Source of the DNA: Octopus bimaculoides
Lineage: Eukaryota
Direction of reading: 5' to 3'
Assembly: GCF_001194135.2 (NCBI RefSeq)
Contig: NC_069000.1
Location: forward strand, 24,272,006-24,307,461
DNA length: 35,456 nt
Positions 23,849-34,931 of the stretch are shown here, piece by piece. The notes under the pieces were generated by a model that saw only the letters and a program-made list of their open reading frames with translations, searched no databases and was not told the DNA's origin. Each line of letters begins with the position of its first letter. The first letter of the stretch is position 1. A program made the translations under genes and the position numbers.

Positions 23849-23925
23849 GTTCCTGTTAGAATAGCGTTATATTAGAACGCTGTTAGAATAGCATTCCTGT
23901 TAGAATAGAGTTCCTGTTAGAATAG
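23849..23925. repeat. Short minisatellite with core TGTTAGAATAG x4
   Basis: Copies at 23854, 23881, 23898 and 23915. Confidence 0.85.
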
Positions 23926-24902
23926 TGTTGTCGTCGTTAAGACCCAGGTCACAACTAATCGACTGACCTATGATCAGAAACATTACAGTCTTTCAAGACT
24001 ACATTATTTTTGCATCTCCTTTCTATTTTTAGGACAATCAGTGAATTGAGGGAGAGTCGCCATCTCGTAAAAGCACCGGGGAAGATAGCTTGCGGTATTG
24101 CTTTCGGCGTTTTACATTCTGAGCTTAAATCCTATCAAGATCGGTCTATTTGAGTAACAAGATTTTACAAGATTCATCCTAAATTTACTCATAGTATCTC
24201 ATCACTAAGTTGGCGTCAGTGGGAGCTACTATAGTGACCATTGCCATTCCTGTTATTTATCGGTACGCGGTTTGCTGATTTATCTAATATGAAGTAAATA
24301 TGTTGCTGTATGCGCCCAAGCCCAACAGTGATAAAGTAATTTTTCAGTGTTTTCTTGAAATTAACAGTGATAAGCCAATATCAGTATTTGATCACATTGA
24401 TACCATAGTCATAAAGGATATTAGTGTACCCTCCTCCCACATAATATTTGCTTTATGCACAACACGGCGTGAAGCGTAAATCAAAAGAACTGGGAAAATT
24501 AAAATATTACGAAGCCTCATTGTTCGTGAGCTAAAAATGTAAACACACATCTCTATATAGGTTCATTAATCGAACTTTTGTATGAAACTAGTGGGCTGTC
24601 CACATTTCTGTTACGATCTCTTTTCTTTAGAATCATTCTTTCACATATACATAATTATATGTTTTTATGTATGTATGCTCGTATATATATATATATNNNN
24701 NNNNNNNNNNNNNNNNNNNNNNNNNNNNNNNNNNNNNNNNNNNNNNNNNNNNNNNNNNNNNNNNNNNNNNNNNNNNNNNNNNNNNNNNNNNNNNNNNNNN
24801 NNNNNNNNNNNNNNNNNNNNNNNNNNNNNNNNNNNNNNNNNNNNNNNNNNNNNNNNNNNNNNNNNNNNNNNNNNNNNNNNNNNTGTGTGTGTGTGTGTGT
24901 GT

Positions 24903-25640
24903 ATACAGGGGGTCCCAAAAGTCACTGAGGAGTTTTAATTTTTAAAAACTCCCAAATTTTTACAAATAGTTGTATGAAAGTTTAATTCAATATAGAAGAG
25001 ATAATGGAGATTAATTTGCATTAGTCCTTTTTCAGCGTACCTCTGCATTACGTATGAAAAATGACATCTTTTCAATGGCATTCATTTTCAGCTTCATACA
25101 TCCGTGCCATTTCCAAAGTATGTTCCATGACAGCTGTAGGGGTTTCCGTGATATTCTCCTTCAATTGCTCCAGGGTTTCTGGTTTGTTGTCATAAACCTT
25201 CTCTTTGAGGTAACCCCACAAGTCAGGGCTGGTCAAGTCTGGGGAACATGATGGACAGTTGACATCGCAGTAGCGACAGATGATTTTTCTCTCCAAAATA
25301 TTGCCTCGGCAACTGTATTGTCTCTCTTGCTGGAACCACATATCAGGCTTTCCTCTTGCTGGAAACACATATCGAGTACTTTTTGCGCCCGGCCTTTCAA
25401 ATAGGCCCGATATGTGTTTCCAGCAAGATGAGACCTCACCAGTCACAGTGGCAACATTCCCATCATCGTCCTCAAAGAATTAAAGCCCGATTATCTCATC
25501 CACCATAATTGCACACCATACAGTACACTTTATGATGTACAATTCTCTTTGGTGCTCTTTGGGTTTGAATAATTGACCCCTGATTTTGATAGAATAATTT
25601 CACCACTTGAGTGCGTTGTGCGGTGTTATATTTTTCCATA
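24903..25640 (-). mobile_element. Decayed maT/DD37D-type mariner transposase C-terminus with terminal repeat
   Basis: KCTVWCAI...IIG...FFEDDDGN...TVTGE; DMWFQQ; CPSCSPDLTSPDLWGYLKEKVYDNKPETLEQLKENI. TA-CAGGGGGTCCCAAAAGTCAC terminus at 24903. Confidence 0.85.
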
Positions 25641-25673
25641 ATTAATTTCCAGAACCTAATCCATAAAATCCAT

Positions 25674-25830
25674 GAGTGGCTGTGTGGTAAGTAGCTTACT
25701 TACCAACGACATGGTTCCGGGTTCATTCCCACTGCGTGGCACCTTTGGCAAGTGTCTTCTACTATAGTCTCGGGCCGACCAATGCCTTGTGAGTGGATTT
25801 GGTAGACGGAAATTCAAGGAAGTCTGTCGT
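25674..25830 (+). mobile_element. SINE family A, 5' module running into (TA)n and a gap
   Basis: GTGGCTGTGTGGTAAG...GGTTCATTCCC...CACCTTTGGCAAGTGTCTTCTACTATAG; homologous to 6094. Confidence 0.88.
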
Positions 25831-26463
25831 ATATATATATATATNNNNNNNNNNNNNNNNNNNNNNNNNNNNNNNNNNNNNNNNNNNNNNNNNNNNNNNN
25901 NNNNNNNNNNNNNNNNNNNNNNNNNNNNNNNNNNNNNNNNNNNNNNNNNNNNNNNNNNNNNNNNNNNNNNNNNNNNNNNNNNNNNNNNNNNNNNNNNNNN
26001 NNNNNNNNNNNNNNNNNNNNNNNNNNNNNNNNNNNNNNNNNNNNNNNNNNNNNNNNNNNNNNNNNNNNNNNNNNNNNNNNNNNNNNNNNNNNNNNNNNNN
26101 NNNNNNNNNNNNNNNNNNNNNNNNNNNNNNNNNNNNNNNNNNNNNNNNNNNNNNNNNNNNNNNNNNNNNNNNNNNNNNNNNNNNNNNNNNNNNNNNNNNN
26201 NNNNNNNNNNNNNNNNNNNNNNNNNNNNNNNNNNNNNNNNNNNNNNNNNNNNNNNNNNNNNNNNNNNNNNNNNNNNNNNNNNNNNNNNNNNNNNNNNNNN
26301 NNNNNNNNNNNNNNNNNNNNNNNNNNNNNNNNNNNNNNNNNNNNNNNNNNNNNNNNNNNNNNNNNNNNNNNNNNNNNNNNNNNNNNNNNNNNNNNNNNNN
26401 NNNNNNNNTATATATATATATATATATATATACATAAATGCGTATTCATATATACATATATAT

Positions 26464-26503
<40 letters not shown>

Positions 26504-26999
26504 GAAGAAAACCAAGAGGTACAATATGAATATGTTTATTTCACCAGTTGGGACCCATAAGATTGCAATCGTTTCACAGCCATCATGGAACAATAATTTA
26601 TTTTAGAGTATAATAACTTATTTTACATGTCTGCACTATTGTATATGCTATAAATTACATTGTATTATTGTACATTTTACAAGGTAGTACAGATATAGAA
26701 TGGCTAACCCATCATATCCATAGAATATTATGGTTACATCCATTCTTCACCTCCAATATACACATAAAAATTCATCTTCGAAATATTAATGTACAGAAGA
26801 CAATAATCAATTAAATAATTTTTAAAGAAGGCAAAAGAGATTTTGTAAGATATTAAAAAGGAGACAGTGAGTAGTGGTGGTGGAAATGAAGATTGCATAT
26901 AGTATAATAGAGGGAGAATCAGATAGTTTAACGTTAATAACCGCGAAGTATTAATAAAAGACAAAAGCAAATTTACTAGGTTCGAAGTCGAACGCAACA

Positions 27000-27420
27000 C
27001 CACATACGATAAAGTGGAAAACAGTTGAAAAAAACCTACCATATGATAACGGATCAAAGAAATGTAAGCTATGCGTAGCTGAAAGGACTCAGATCTAAGA
27101 TCTCTAACTCACTGCTGAACTCTAGATCCGAAATTTTGAGTAGATGTAAGCAAACGCGTAAGTTCCTACTGAAGAATTGTGAAGTACCTTCCCCACCGGA
27201 TTAAATCTGTATCATTAACTCTAAGCCACTATCTTTTCAGCCTTATAATTTATGATCTAAAGGAAATAACTCTTATTCCCCTTTTGTTTCTTTCTGGTTA
27301 TTTTTCCGTTTTCCAGTTTTTCACCATTCCACTTTTATCACTTTTTCTCTCGTCCCATTTTTAGTTCGTTATGCCATATGGGTAGTGTCTGATGATTGTG
27401 TTGGGACACCAGACGTATTA
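27000..27420 (+). mobile_element. Penelope-like element C-terminus and 3' UTR with degenerate hammerhead
   Basis: HTIKWKTVEKNLPYDNGSKKCKLCVAERTQI*...LLNSRSEILSRCKQTRKFLL. CTGATGA at 27389-27395 is followed by a TGTGT/ACACCA hairpin and a truncated GA(AA)CGT. Confidence 0.82.
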
Positions 27421-27487
27421 TAAAACAATATTCGGCATGTTCTCAGCACGTGAAATTAATAGTAGTACATAAAAACATACATTGTGT

Positions 27488-27744
27488 TCATTATTTACAT
27501 TATTTACAATTGACGGATATTCGTCCTCATCTTGCTTGTGGTTAACACGTTTCGGCTGATATACCCTCCAGCCTTCATCAGGTGTCCTGGGGAAATTTCG
27601 AACCTGGGTTCTCATTCCTAAGTCTTCTTCTTCTTCTTCTTCTTCTTCTTCTTCTTCTTCTTCTTCTTCTTCAGGTCAACACCTCGAATCGAATTCGGAA
27701 TCTTGGGGTTAGTAACCCACGCTCTTAACCACTACGACATATGC
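27488..27744 (-). mobile_element. tRNA-headed, hammerhead-containing SINE (left arm, internal (GAA)n)
   Basis: Minus strand: GCATATGTCGTAGTGGTTAAGAGC...AATTCGATTC, (GAA)n, then GACAC-CTGATGA-A-GGCTG/CAGCC-GAAA-CGTGTT (HHR 27544-27587). Confidence 0.85.
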
Positions 27745-27748
27745 CCAA

Positions 27749-27821
27749 GCATATGGCGTAGTGGTTAAGAGCGAGGGCTACTAACCCCAGCATTCCGAGT
27801 TCGATTCCACGCAGTGACCTG

Positions 27822-27870
<49 letters not shown>

Positions 27871-27926
27871 TAATAGTAATAATAATAATAATAATAATAA
27901 TGATAATAATGATGATAATAATAATG

Positions 27927-27966
<40 letters not shown>

Positions 27967-28153
27967 TAACATCGGAAAAAATACCTTATGAATGAGAACC
28001 CAGGCTCGAAATTTCCCTAGAACACCTGATTAAGGCTGGAGGGTATATCAGCCGAAACGTTGTGTTAACAACAAACAAGATGAGGACAAATATCCATCAT
28101 ATGTAAATAATGTAAAAAATGTACATAATTCCTCATCTCTTAAATATAGAACT
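27749..28153 (+). mobile_element. tRNA-headed, hammerhead-containing SINE (right arm, internal (AAT)n)
   Basis: A box TGGCGTAGTGG 27754-27764, B box GTTCGATTCC 27799-27808, (AAT)n, then AACAC-CTGATTA-A-GGCTG/CAGCC-GAAA-CGT-T-GTGTT (28021-28066). Confidence 0.87.
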
Positions 28154-28199
28154 ATATATTGTGTTTATTATATATGTCTGTATATATATATATAAATAA

Positions 28200-28253
<54 letters not shown>

Positions 28254-28436
28254 GTCTATCTATCTTTCTATCTGTATATGTATGTATATATATATATATG
28301 TTTATGTGTGTGTGAGAGAGAGAGGGGGAGGGAGAAAGGAAACAGAGGGAGAGAGTCCGAGAGAGGAGATAAAGAAAAATATCTAAGCCAGGAAGTATAT
28401 CAACATACTCAGTAATCAGTATATTTTATTAGTTAC

Positions 28437-28508
28437 CTCTATATTGTCTGATGTTATCAAGTTTCTTATGAAAAGTGTTGAAGAGATTATGTCTGTCACT
28501 GCCGGTTC
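28437..28508 (-). other. Candidate 72-nt upstream exon (5' UTR or coding) of the minus-strand gene
   Basis: ctccgttatgttctacag| acceptor and GAG|gtaact donor. No ATG; open in phases 0 and 1. No homology support. Confidence 0.25.
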
Positions 28509-28914
28509 CTGTAGAACATAACGGAGAAAAAAATCAATTTTATTTAGGAAGCATCATGTGATTCATAAGAGAGTAAACGTAAGATGCTGCTACATTCATC
28601 ACTCATTTTTTCATACGACCTTATTCATGGCATCCGATAATGCTAGCGGAGGAAGGATGTAGATATCGCCGACTGGATACCTACAGTCCTTGCAATAAGG
28701 AGGACTCTAAAGGTAATCTGTGCAAAATCAGGGGAGTTTCTACAAATCGAAACTGGAGGAAGGCGCTTCATCTCAGTTCGCCAACGAGTCAGTAATGGCG
28801 TCTTTACTCGGTAGCTTGGATTGCTAGAAATAACAGCTAAGTCTCTTTAATATTACACCGATCGTCATAAAAAGGGAGGGACAGGTTGGGTAATGTAGTT
28901 TTAAAGTACCTTTT

Positions 28915-29298
28915 ACCTTTGACTTGTTTCAGTCATTTGACTGCAGCCATGCTAGGGCCACTGCATTGAAGGGTTTAGTCGAAAACAATCGCCCCAAGGA
29001 CTTATTTTTAAAGCCTAGTACTTATTCTATCGGTCTCTTTTAGCGAACCACTAATTTACGGGAACGTAAATACACCAACACCGGTTGTCAAGCGGTAGTG
29101 GGAGAGAAACACAGAAACAAAGACATACACACATAGATATATACGACGGGCTTCTTTCAGTTTCTGTCTATCAAATCCACTCACAAAGCTTTGGTCGGCC
29201 TGAGGCTATAGTAGAAGACACTTGCTCAAGGTGCCACGCAGAAAGATTGAACCCGGAACGATGTGGTTGGGATGCAAGCTTCTTACTACACAGCTACG
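28915..29298 (-). mobile_element. SINE family A, complete copy with very short internal microsatellite
   Basis: Reverse complement aligns along the length of 6094-6545. Confidence 0.88.
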
Positions 29299-29457
29299 TA
29301 TGTGTAAGCAAAAATACAGGATGGTGTGGCTGGAATGTTTTTATTCATATATCTGCTCGGTCAAGGTTGACCTAGGGCTAAACAACAGCCGTTTCACTGG
29401 CTGAGTTGTTGAGATTTTATCATAACTCTTCAACATGACTGTTCATATTTGTTTCAA

Positions 29458-29790
29458 ATTTGAACTCAGAACGCAATGACAGACGAAATGCCGCTAGGCA
29501 TTTTACCCGGTGTGCTAACGATTCTGCCAGCTCATTTGACTTAAGGTGCCTGTTCATATTAATATTTTCTTTCAAACAGAGGTTCAAAGACAGAAATTTG
29601 GTGATGGTGACAGTGGTGGTTGGATGTTTAGATGATTATATCGACCCCATTATTTAATTGGCATTTCATTTTACCGATCTCGGAAAGATGAAAGTCAAAG
29701 TCAACTTTCGAGTGATCTGAAATCAGAATTCAAAGAGATGTAACAAAATAGCATAAAGCATTTGTACGCCGCTCTACCAATTCTGCAATT
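29458..29790 (-). mobile_element. Two SINE family B fragments (29458-29545 and ~29635-29790)
   Basis: TTTGAACTCAGAACG...GTGCTAACGATTCTGCCAGCTC, and a more decayed second copy. Confidence 0.75.
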
Positions 29791-29798
29791 CTGCAAAT

Positions 29799-29894
<96 letters not shown>

Positions 29895-29905
29895 TAGTAA
29901 TAATT

Positions 29906-30068
29906 GGCGCAGACGTGGATGTGTAGTAAGAAGCTTGCTTCTCAACCACATGGTTCCGGGTTCAGTAACACTGTGTAGCACCTTGGGCAAGTGCCTTCTA
30001 CTATAACATCGGGCCAACCAAAGCCTTGTGAGTGAATTTGATAGAAGGAAACTGAAAGAAGCCCGTCG
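29906..30068 (+). mobile_element. SINE family A, 5' module
   Basis: Homologous to 6094 and 25674; ends GAAAGAAGCCCGTCG followed by (TA)n. Confidence 0.88.
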
Positions 30069-30510
30069 TATATATATATCTATATCTATATCTATATATA
30101 TATCTACATTATATATATATATATNNNNNNNNNNNNNNNNNNNNNNNNNNNNNNNNNNNNNNNNNNNNNNNNNNNNNNNNNNNNNNNNNNNNNNNNNNNN
30201 NNNNNNNNNNNNNNNNNNNNNNNNNNNNNNNNNNNNNNNNNNNNNNNNNNNNNNNNNNNNNNNNNNNNNNNNNNNNNNNNNNNNNNNNNNNNNNNNNNNN
30301 NNNNNNNNNNNNNNNNNNNNNNNNNNNNNNNNNNNNNNNNNNNNNNNNNNNNNNNNNNNNNNNNNNNNNNNNNNNNNNNNNNNNNNNNNNNNNNNNNNNN
30401 NNNNNNNNNNNNNNNNNNNNNNNNNNNNNNNNNNNNNNNNNNNNNNNNNNNNNNNNNNNNNNNNNNNNNNNNNNNNNNNNNNNNNNNNNNNNNNNNNNNN
30501 TAAATTTGCT

Positions 30511-30562
30511 TTAACCCTAACCCTAACCCTAACCCTACGGTTAGGGTTAGGGTTAGGGTTAA
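30511..30562. repeat. 52-bp palindrome of TTAGGG telomeric repeats
   Basis: TTAACCCTAACCCTAACCCTAACCCT|ACGGTTAGGGTTAGGGTTAGGGTTAA; 26-bp arms, no spacer, one mismatch. Confidence 0.95.
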
Positions 30563-31244
30563 TTGTTTCAGAATCGTTTGTTTATGTAGTCGGCACTTAA
30601 TGTATATCGGCTGAATGGACGTCAGTGATTGGTTGAAATTACAGAAATACGACAACTTTAACATGGAATAACTTATGGATTTCTTTTTTTTTAAAGAAGA
30701 CTAAGAGAAACAGATGTTTTATATGACACATTCTACCAGTGTTCCAAGTTTCAAAGTGTTTCGTTAATGAAAAATGTGGCCCCCGTTTTAAAAAAAGATC
30801 CGAAAAACGTCCATCTTTCCTTTCATCACCTGACCATCTTTCTTTTTCTGCACGGACGTTTTTTTCTCTCACTCTTCTATCTTTACTCTTTTCAAAGAAA
30901 AATATTTATCCCAGCGTTCATTATTTTCCTCTCGTTCTGGTCTAACGACCCTCCATGTTTATTTTCGTTCGGCTTCCTAGTATGTCTCCACTGTCTTGCT
31001 TTTGTTCCCAACTTTGACCCTCCATAAATCCTAAATTTTTGTTTTAGAATTTATGGGAGCAACTATCTTTGAAGACTCATATTGTTGTTGAATGAGGAGT
31101 AGATAGACAACCGACAACTGATGAAGGGCCGTTTCTCTGTGCTTATTTGTCCTGTTTTCCGTTTTTCTCTCGTTGTTTTCGTATTTAACTCGTTTGTCTA
31201 CGTATTTCTTGTTGTTTACACAGTTGGTGACGTCCTGTATCCAT

Positions 31245-32235
31245 ATATGCATTCTCCGAGCCTTCCGGCGATTCCACTTCGCACATCTTCCCTAACCAAA
31301 CGAGCCCACAGTCTACGAGACCTCTTGGTCCACAGCTTCTTCCCTAACCCAAACTCCCAACTCGGCTCGTTTCCCTGCTCCCACTCACGGTGCCGCACTT
31401 GCCCATACCTCTCCAACACCACCCTCCTCACCGGCACCCGATCATCGACCCGATCATATCACCGACNNNNNNNNNNNNNNNNNNNNNNNNNNNNNNNNNN
31501 NNNNNNNNNNNNNNNNNNNNNNNNNNNNNNNNNNNNNNNNNNNNNNNNNNNNNNNNNNNNNNNNNNNNNNNNNNNNNNNNNNNNNNNNNNNNNNNNNNNN
31601 NNNNNNNNNNNNNNNNNNNNNNNNNNNNNNNNNNNNNNNNNNNNNNNNNNNNNNNNNNNNNNNNNNNNNNNNNNNNNNNNNNNNNNNNNNNNNNNNNNNN
31701 NNNNNNNNNNNNNNNNNNNNNNNNNNNNNNNNNNNNNNNNNNNNNNNNNNNNNNNNNNNNNNNNNNNNNNNNNNNNNNNNNNNNNCCTACCCTCAGCCTA
31801 ACCCACACCCCACCCTTTCTTTCCCCACTCTCGCCTCCCCCACATCCCAATACCACCACACCATACACCACCACATCACACACCACCACACCACACACCA
31901 CCATACCACACAACACCACATCACATCACACCACGACGCACACACTAGCACTGACCACTTCCCAGCTCCATACCATCATCCACACACCTGCACATGCACA
32001 CACGCATACGTCAAAGTCACCAGCCCTCTTCCGCATGCACATACATACACACGCACACGCACCTTCGTTTTGGGATCACTACTACTTTATTATCTCTCCC
32101 TGTTTCTTTCTGTGTTTCTTTGTGTGGAAGAGCGTAAGTTCGAAACGCACTTCCCGAGCGTTAAACTAATACATCTGTTTGTTGTCTACACCACCTGTCT
32201 TCGTCTTTTGTTTCTTTGTGAATTCTCCCAACCTG
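31245..32235 (+). mobile_element. Penelope-like element 3' part, interrupted by a gap, with a degenerate HHR-like end
   Basis: KRAHSLRDLLVHS...GSFPCSHSRCRTCPYL is the Cys-rich linker before GIY-YIG. After the gap, a C-rich UTR and GTGGAA-GAGC-GTAA-GTTC-GAAACG at ~32124-32147. Confidence 0.78.
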
Positions 32236-32260
<25 letters not shown>

Positions 32261-32266
<6 letters not shown>

Positions 32267-32513
32267 ATTTGGGGTTGGTCATATTGCCAGTTTAGCCAAT
32301 AAAAACACACGCACTGTATATTTGGTGTTAATTTGCTTCAGCTTTATATTACATTACATTACATTAATCCTATTTCGGCCAGAGTTCTTTCATCACACTT
32401 CTGTGACCTCATCAGTGGTCCTTTGCTTTCTTCTTTCTTATGTGTGTACCACCTTGCTAACTATCAGCCATTTATTGGTTAAACTGGCAATATGACCATC
32501 CCCAAATACAACA
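32261..32513 (-). mobile_element. 253-bp element with 43-bp inverted termini enclosing a hammerhead-like core
   Basis: 32261-32303 versus 32471-32513 are reverse complements at 41/43. Minus strand CTGATGA (32415-32409), GGTCA...TGGCC, GAAA (32376-32373). Confidence 0.65.
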
Positions 32514-32577
32514 ACATCTGTTTCAACACACGATTTCGCATAAAAGATCTTGCAAAACAAATATGTATATATATACA

Positions 32578-32631
32578 CATATAAATATATTGTTATTATT
32601 ATTTAATTGAACGCCACGCATCCATTCCAAG

Positions 32632-32707
<76 letters not shown>

Positions 32708-32790
32708 AATATATATATATATATATATATACATATAAATATATTGTTATTATTATTTAATTGAATGCCACGCATCAATTCCAAGTATAT
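32578..32790. repeat. Tandem duplication, period 154 bp, of a ~59-bp unique core plus microsatellite
   Basis: 32578-32636 versus 32732-32790, two substitutions. Confidence 0.9.
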
Positions 32791-32793
32791 ATG

Positions 32794-32842
<49 letters not shown>

Positions 32843-32904
32843 GTGTGTGTATGTATGTATGTATGTATGTATGTATGTATGTATGTATGTGTGTGTGTGT
32901 GTCT

Positions 32905-33022
32905 TTTTGTCTGTGTTTGCTTCCCCCGTCAACGCTTGACATCCGGTGTTGATGTGTTTAAGTCCCCGTAACTTAACGGTTCAGCAAAAATGACCGATAG
33001 AATAAGTACTAGGCTTAAAAAC
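32905..33022 (+). mobile_element. SINE family A, 3' module; further tail fragment at 34071-34150
   Basis: CGCTTGACATCCGGTGTT...CCCCGTAACTTAACGG...ACCGATAGAATAAGTACTAGGC. Confidence 0.82.
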
Positions 33023-33477
33023 AGTAAAATGTCCTCTTCACGGTAGCTTTCTAAATAAACAGAAATACCTAATAAAATCAACATGTATCATCTCACTGTT
33101 TCTTTTGCCTTTTCATTGATTGTATGTTTTCATTTTTTAGAAATCTGTTATATTAATATATTTATCTGCATGTGTTTACTTTATGCGTATTTCAGTATTA
33201 TGTATACCTGTCATGTATATATATATATGTGTTTACTTCATTATATATAAATGCATGTGTGTGTATGATTGTGTATGTGTCTCCAAAACATCAAAGTTGA
33301 GTAATGCTTTCATGTTTAGATTTGTAAACTACGATAAGAATAACACTGGTCAACAAATAATTTGTCCCAAGAAAAAGGATACCTGTGTCTTATATAGTTT
33401 TGCATGCAGAATTAACAAATAATGTCAAATTATCTGTACTAAGTTCACGTATTCCATTCACCTTCATATTGTTTTCT

Positions 33478-33658
33478 ACACAAGGCCCGAAATTTTTGGA
33501 GAGGGAGCCAGTCGATCAGATCGACCCTAGTACGCATCTGATACTTAATTTATCAACCCCGAAAGGATGAAAGGCAAAGTCGACCTCGGCGGAATTTGAA
33601 CTCAGAACCTAACGGCAGATGAAATACCTCCAAGCATTTCGCCCAGCTTGCCGCCTTC
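33478..33658 (-). mobile_element. SINE family B copy
   Basis: Reverse complement homologous to 12951-13140. Confidence 0.87.
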
Positions 33659-34404
33659 TTTCACCTTCCTAATGCCAAGAAACTGTATAAACGTCACAAA
33701 CAACTTTTGCTATATATGAATAATATGTAAAATATTAAGACAATTGACGAAAAATATCTATAACAAAATTCTAATTGATAAATACAAATTTTTATTAACA
33801 CAAAACACTGTGTGAAGAATCAACACATGCGTGTGAAACACAACACAACGTGCGGTTGTCATGGTAACAAGCTGCTAATGTCCCGCTGTCTGTTGATTGG
33901 CTAAAATTATCCAAATTTCCCAACTTTAATTCTAAATAACATCAGATTCTTTAATTTACGAGATAAAATAATTGGTTGACCGTAATCAAATTTCAGAGTT
34001 GCATTGATACACCAAAACTGAAAGCAATCTGAGCAAAATTAAAAGGGGGCTCATTTTGCGAATGAGAAAGACTAGATCCCGATTTGTTCGACTAGAACCC
34101 TTCGAGGCGATGGCCCAGCATGGCCACAGTCAAATGATTGAAACAAGTAAAACAATAGAAGAATAGAAGAATAAAATAAAAATAAAATTTAGTTTTCTTC
34201 TTCAGGGAAATAGAGCATTTTAAATATACTTACCGAGAGGAAGCATGAATCGCTCTGAAAAGACAAAACATAATTTTAATTATAATACTCATTAAATGTT
34301 TAACTGGGCTTTTTATCCGGATAAAGGAGAGTTAACTGTAAAGTACTTCTATTCGAAATAACATTCATATAAGAAACTAACAAACCTAATATATTGGTTT
34401 CAAA

Positions 34405-34608
34405 TTTTGGCACAAGGCCAGCAGTTTCGGGGAAGGGGGTAAGTCGATTAAATCGATCCCAGTGCTCAACTAGTACTTAATTCATTGATCCTAAAAGGAT
34501 GAAAAGTAAAGTCGACCTAGGCTAAATTTGAACTCAGAATGTAAAGACGGACGAAATGCCGCTAAGCACTTAGCCCAATGTGCCAACGATTCTGTTAGTT
34601 GGCTGTCT
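34405..34608 (-). mobile_element. SINE family B copy
   Basis: Reverse complement homologous to 12951-13140. Confidence 0.87.
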
Positions 34609-34794
34609 CAGCAGCATAAACCTGATATATTGATAGTATTTTTCTTCTTTTTTTTTTACGTCTTAGCTCTCTTATATTTCTTTTTACTGCCAAAACATTC
34701 ATAGTATAACAGGCCACGCAATAAAGAAAGCGTAACGATAAACAAATTTACTTAATGCATTCTTAGCAGCTACACATAGCCAATATTTGAGTGT

Positions 34795-34931
34795 AGGCGT
34801 GGTTGCTTAGGTAACTGGTTTGCATGGTATTAACGAGAGTTCAGGTTCGATTCCTACGACGCATCTCATTGAATAAGAACCTTTTTCTATAGCCTCAGTT
34901 CAAATAAAATTCTTGGATGACGAAGCCCGTC
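34795..34931 (+). mobile_element. Decayed tRNA-headed SINE, family A-like
   Basis: GGCGTGGTTGC...GGTTCGATTCC (B box)...CTATAGCCTC...GAAGCCCGTCG. Confidence 0.6.

Noticed and set aside
27749-27822. Bona fide tRNA gene
   Set aside because: A/B boxes and an anticodon-like arm are present, but there is no proper acceptor stem and it continues into a SINE body. The same applies to the other SINE heads.
30511-30562. Ancient telomere-telomere fusion site
   Set aside because: Wrong polarity for a fusion and only about four units per arm.
31118-31135. CTGATGAAGGGCC as another hammerhead
   Set aside because: No closing stem II strand or GAAA downstream.
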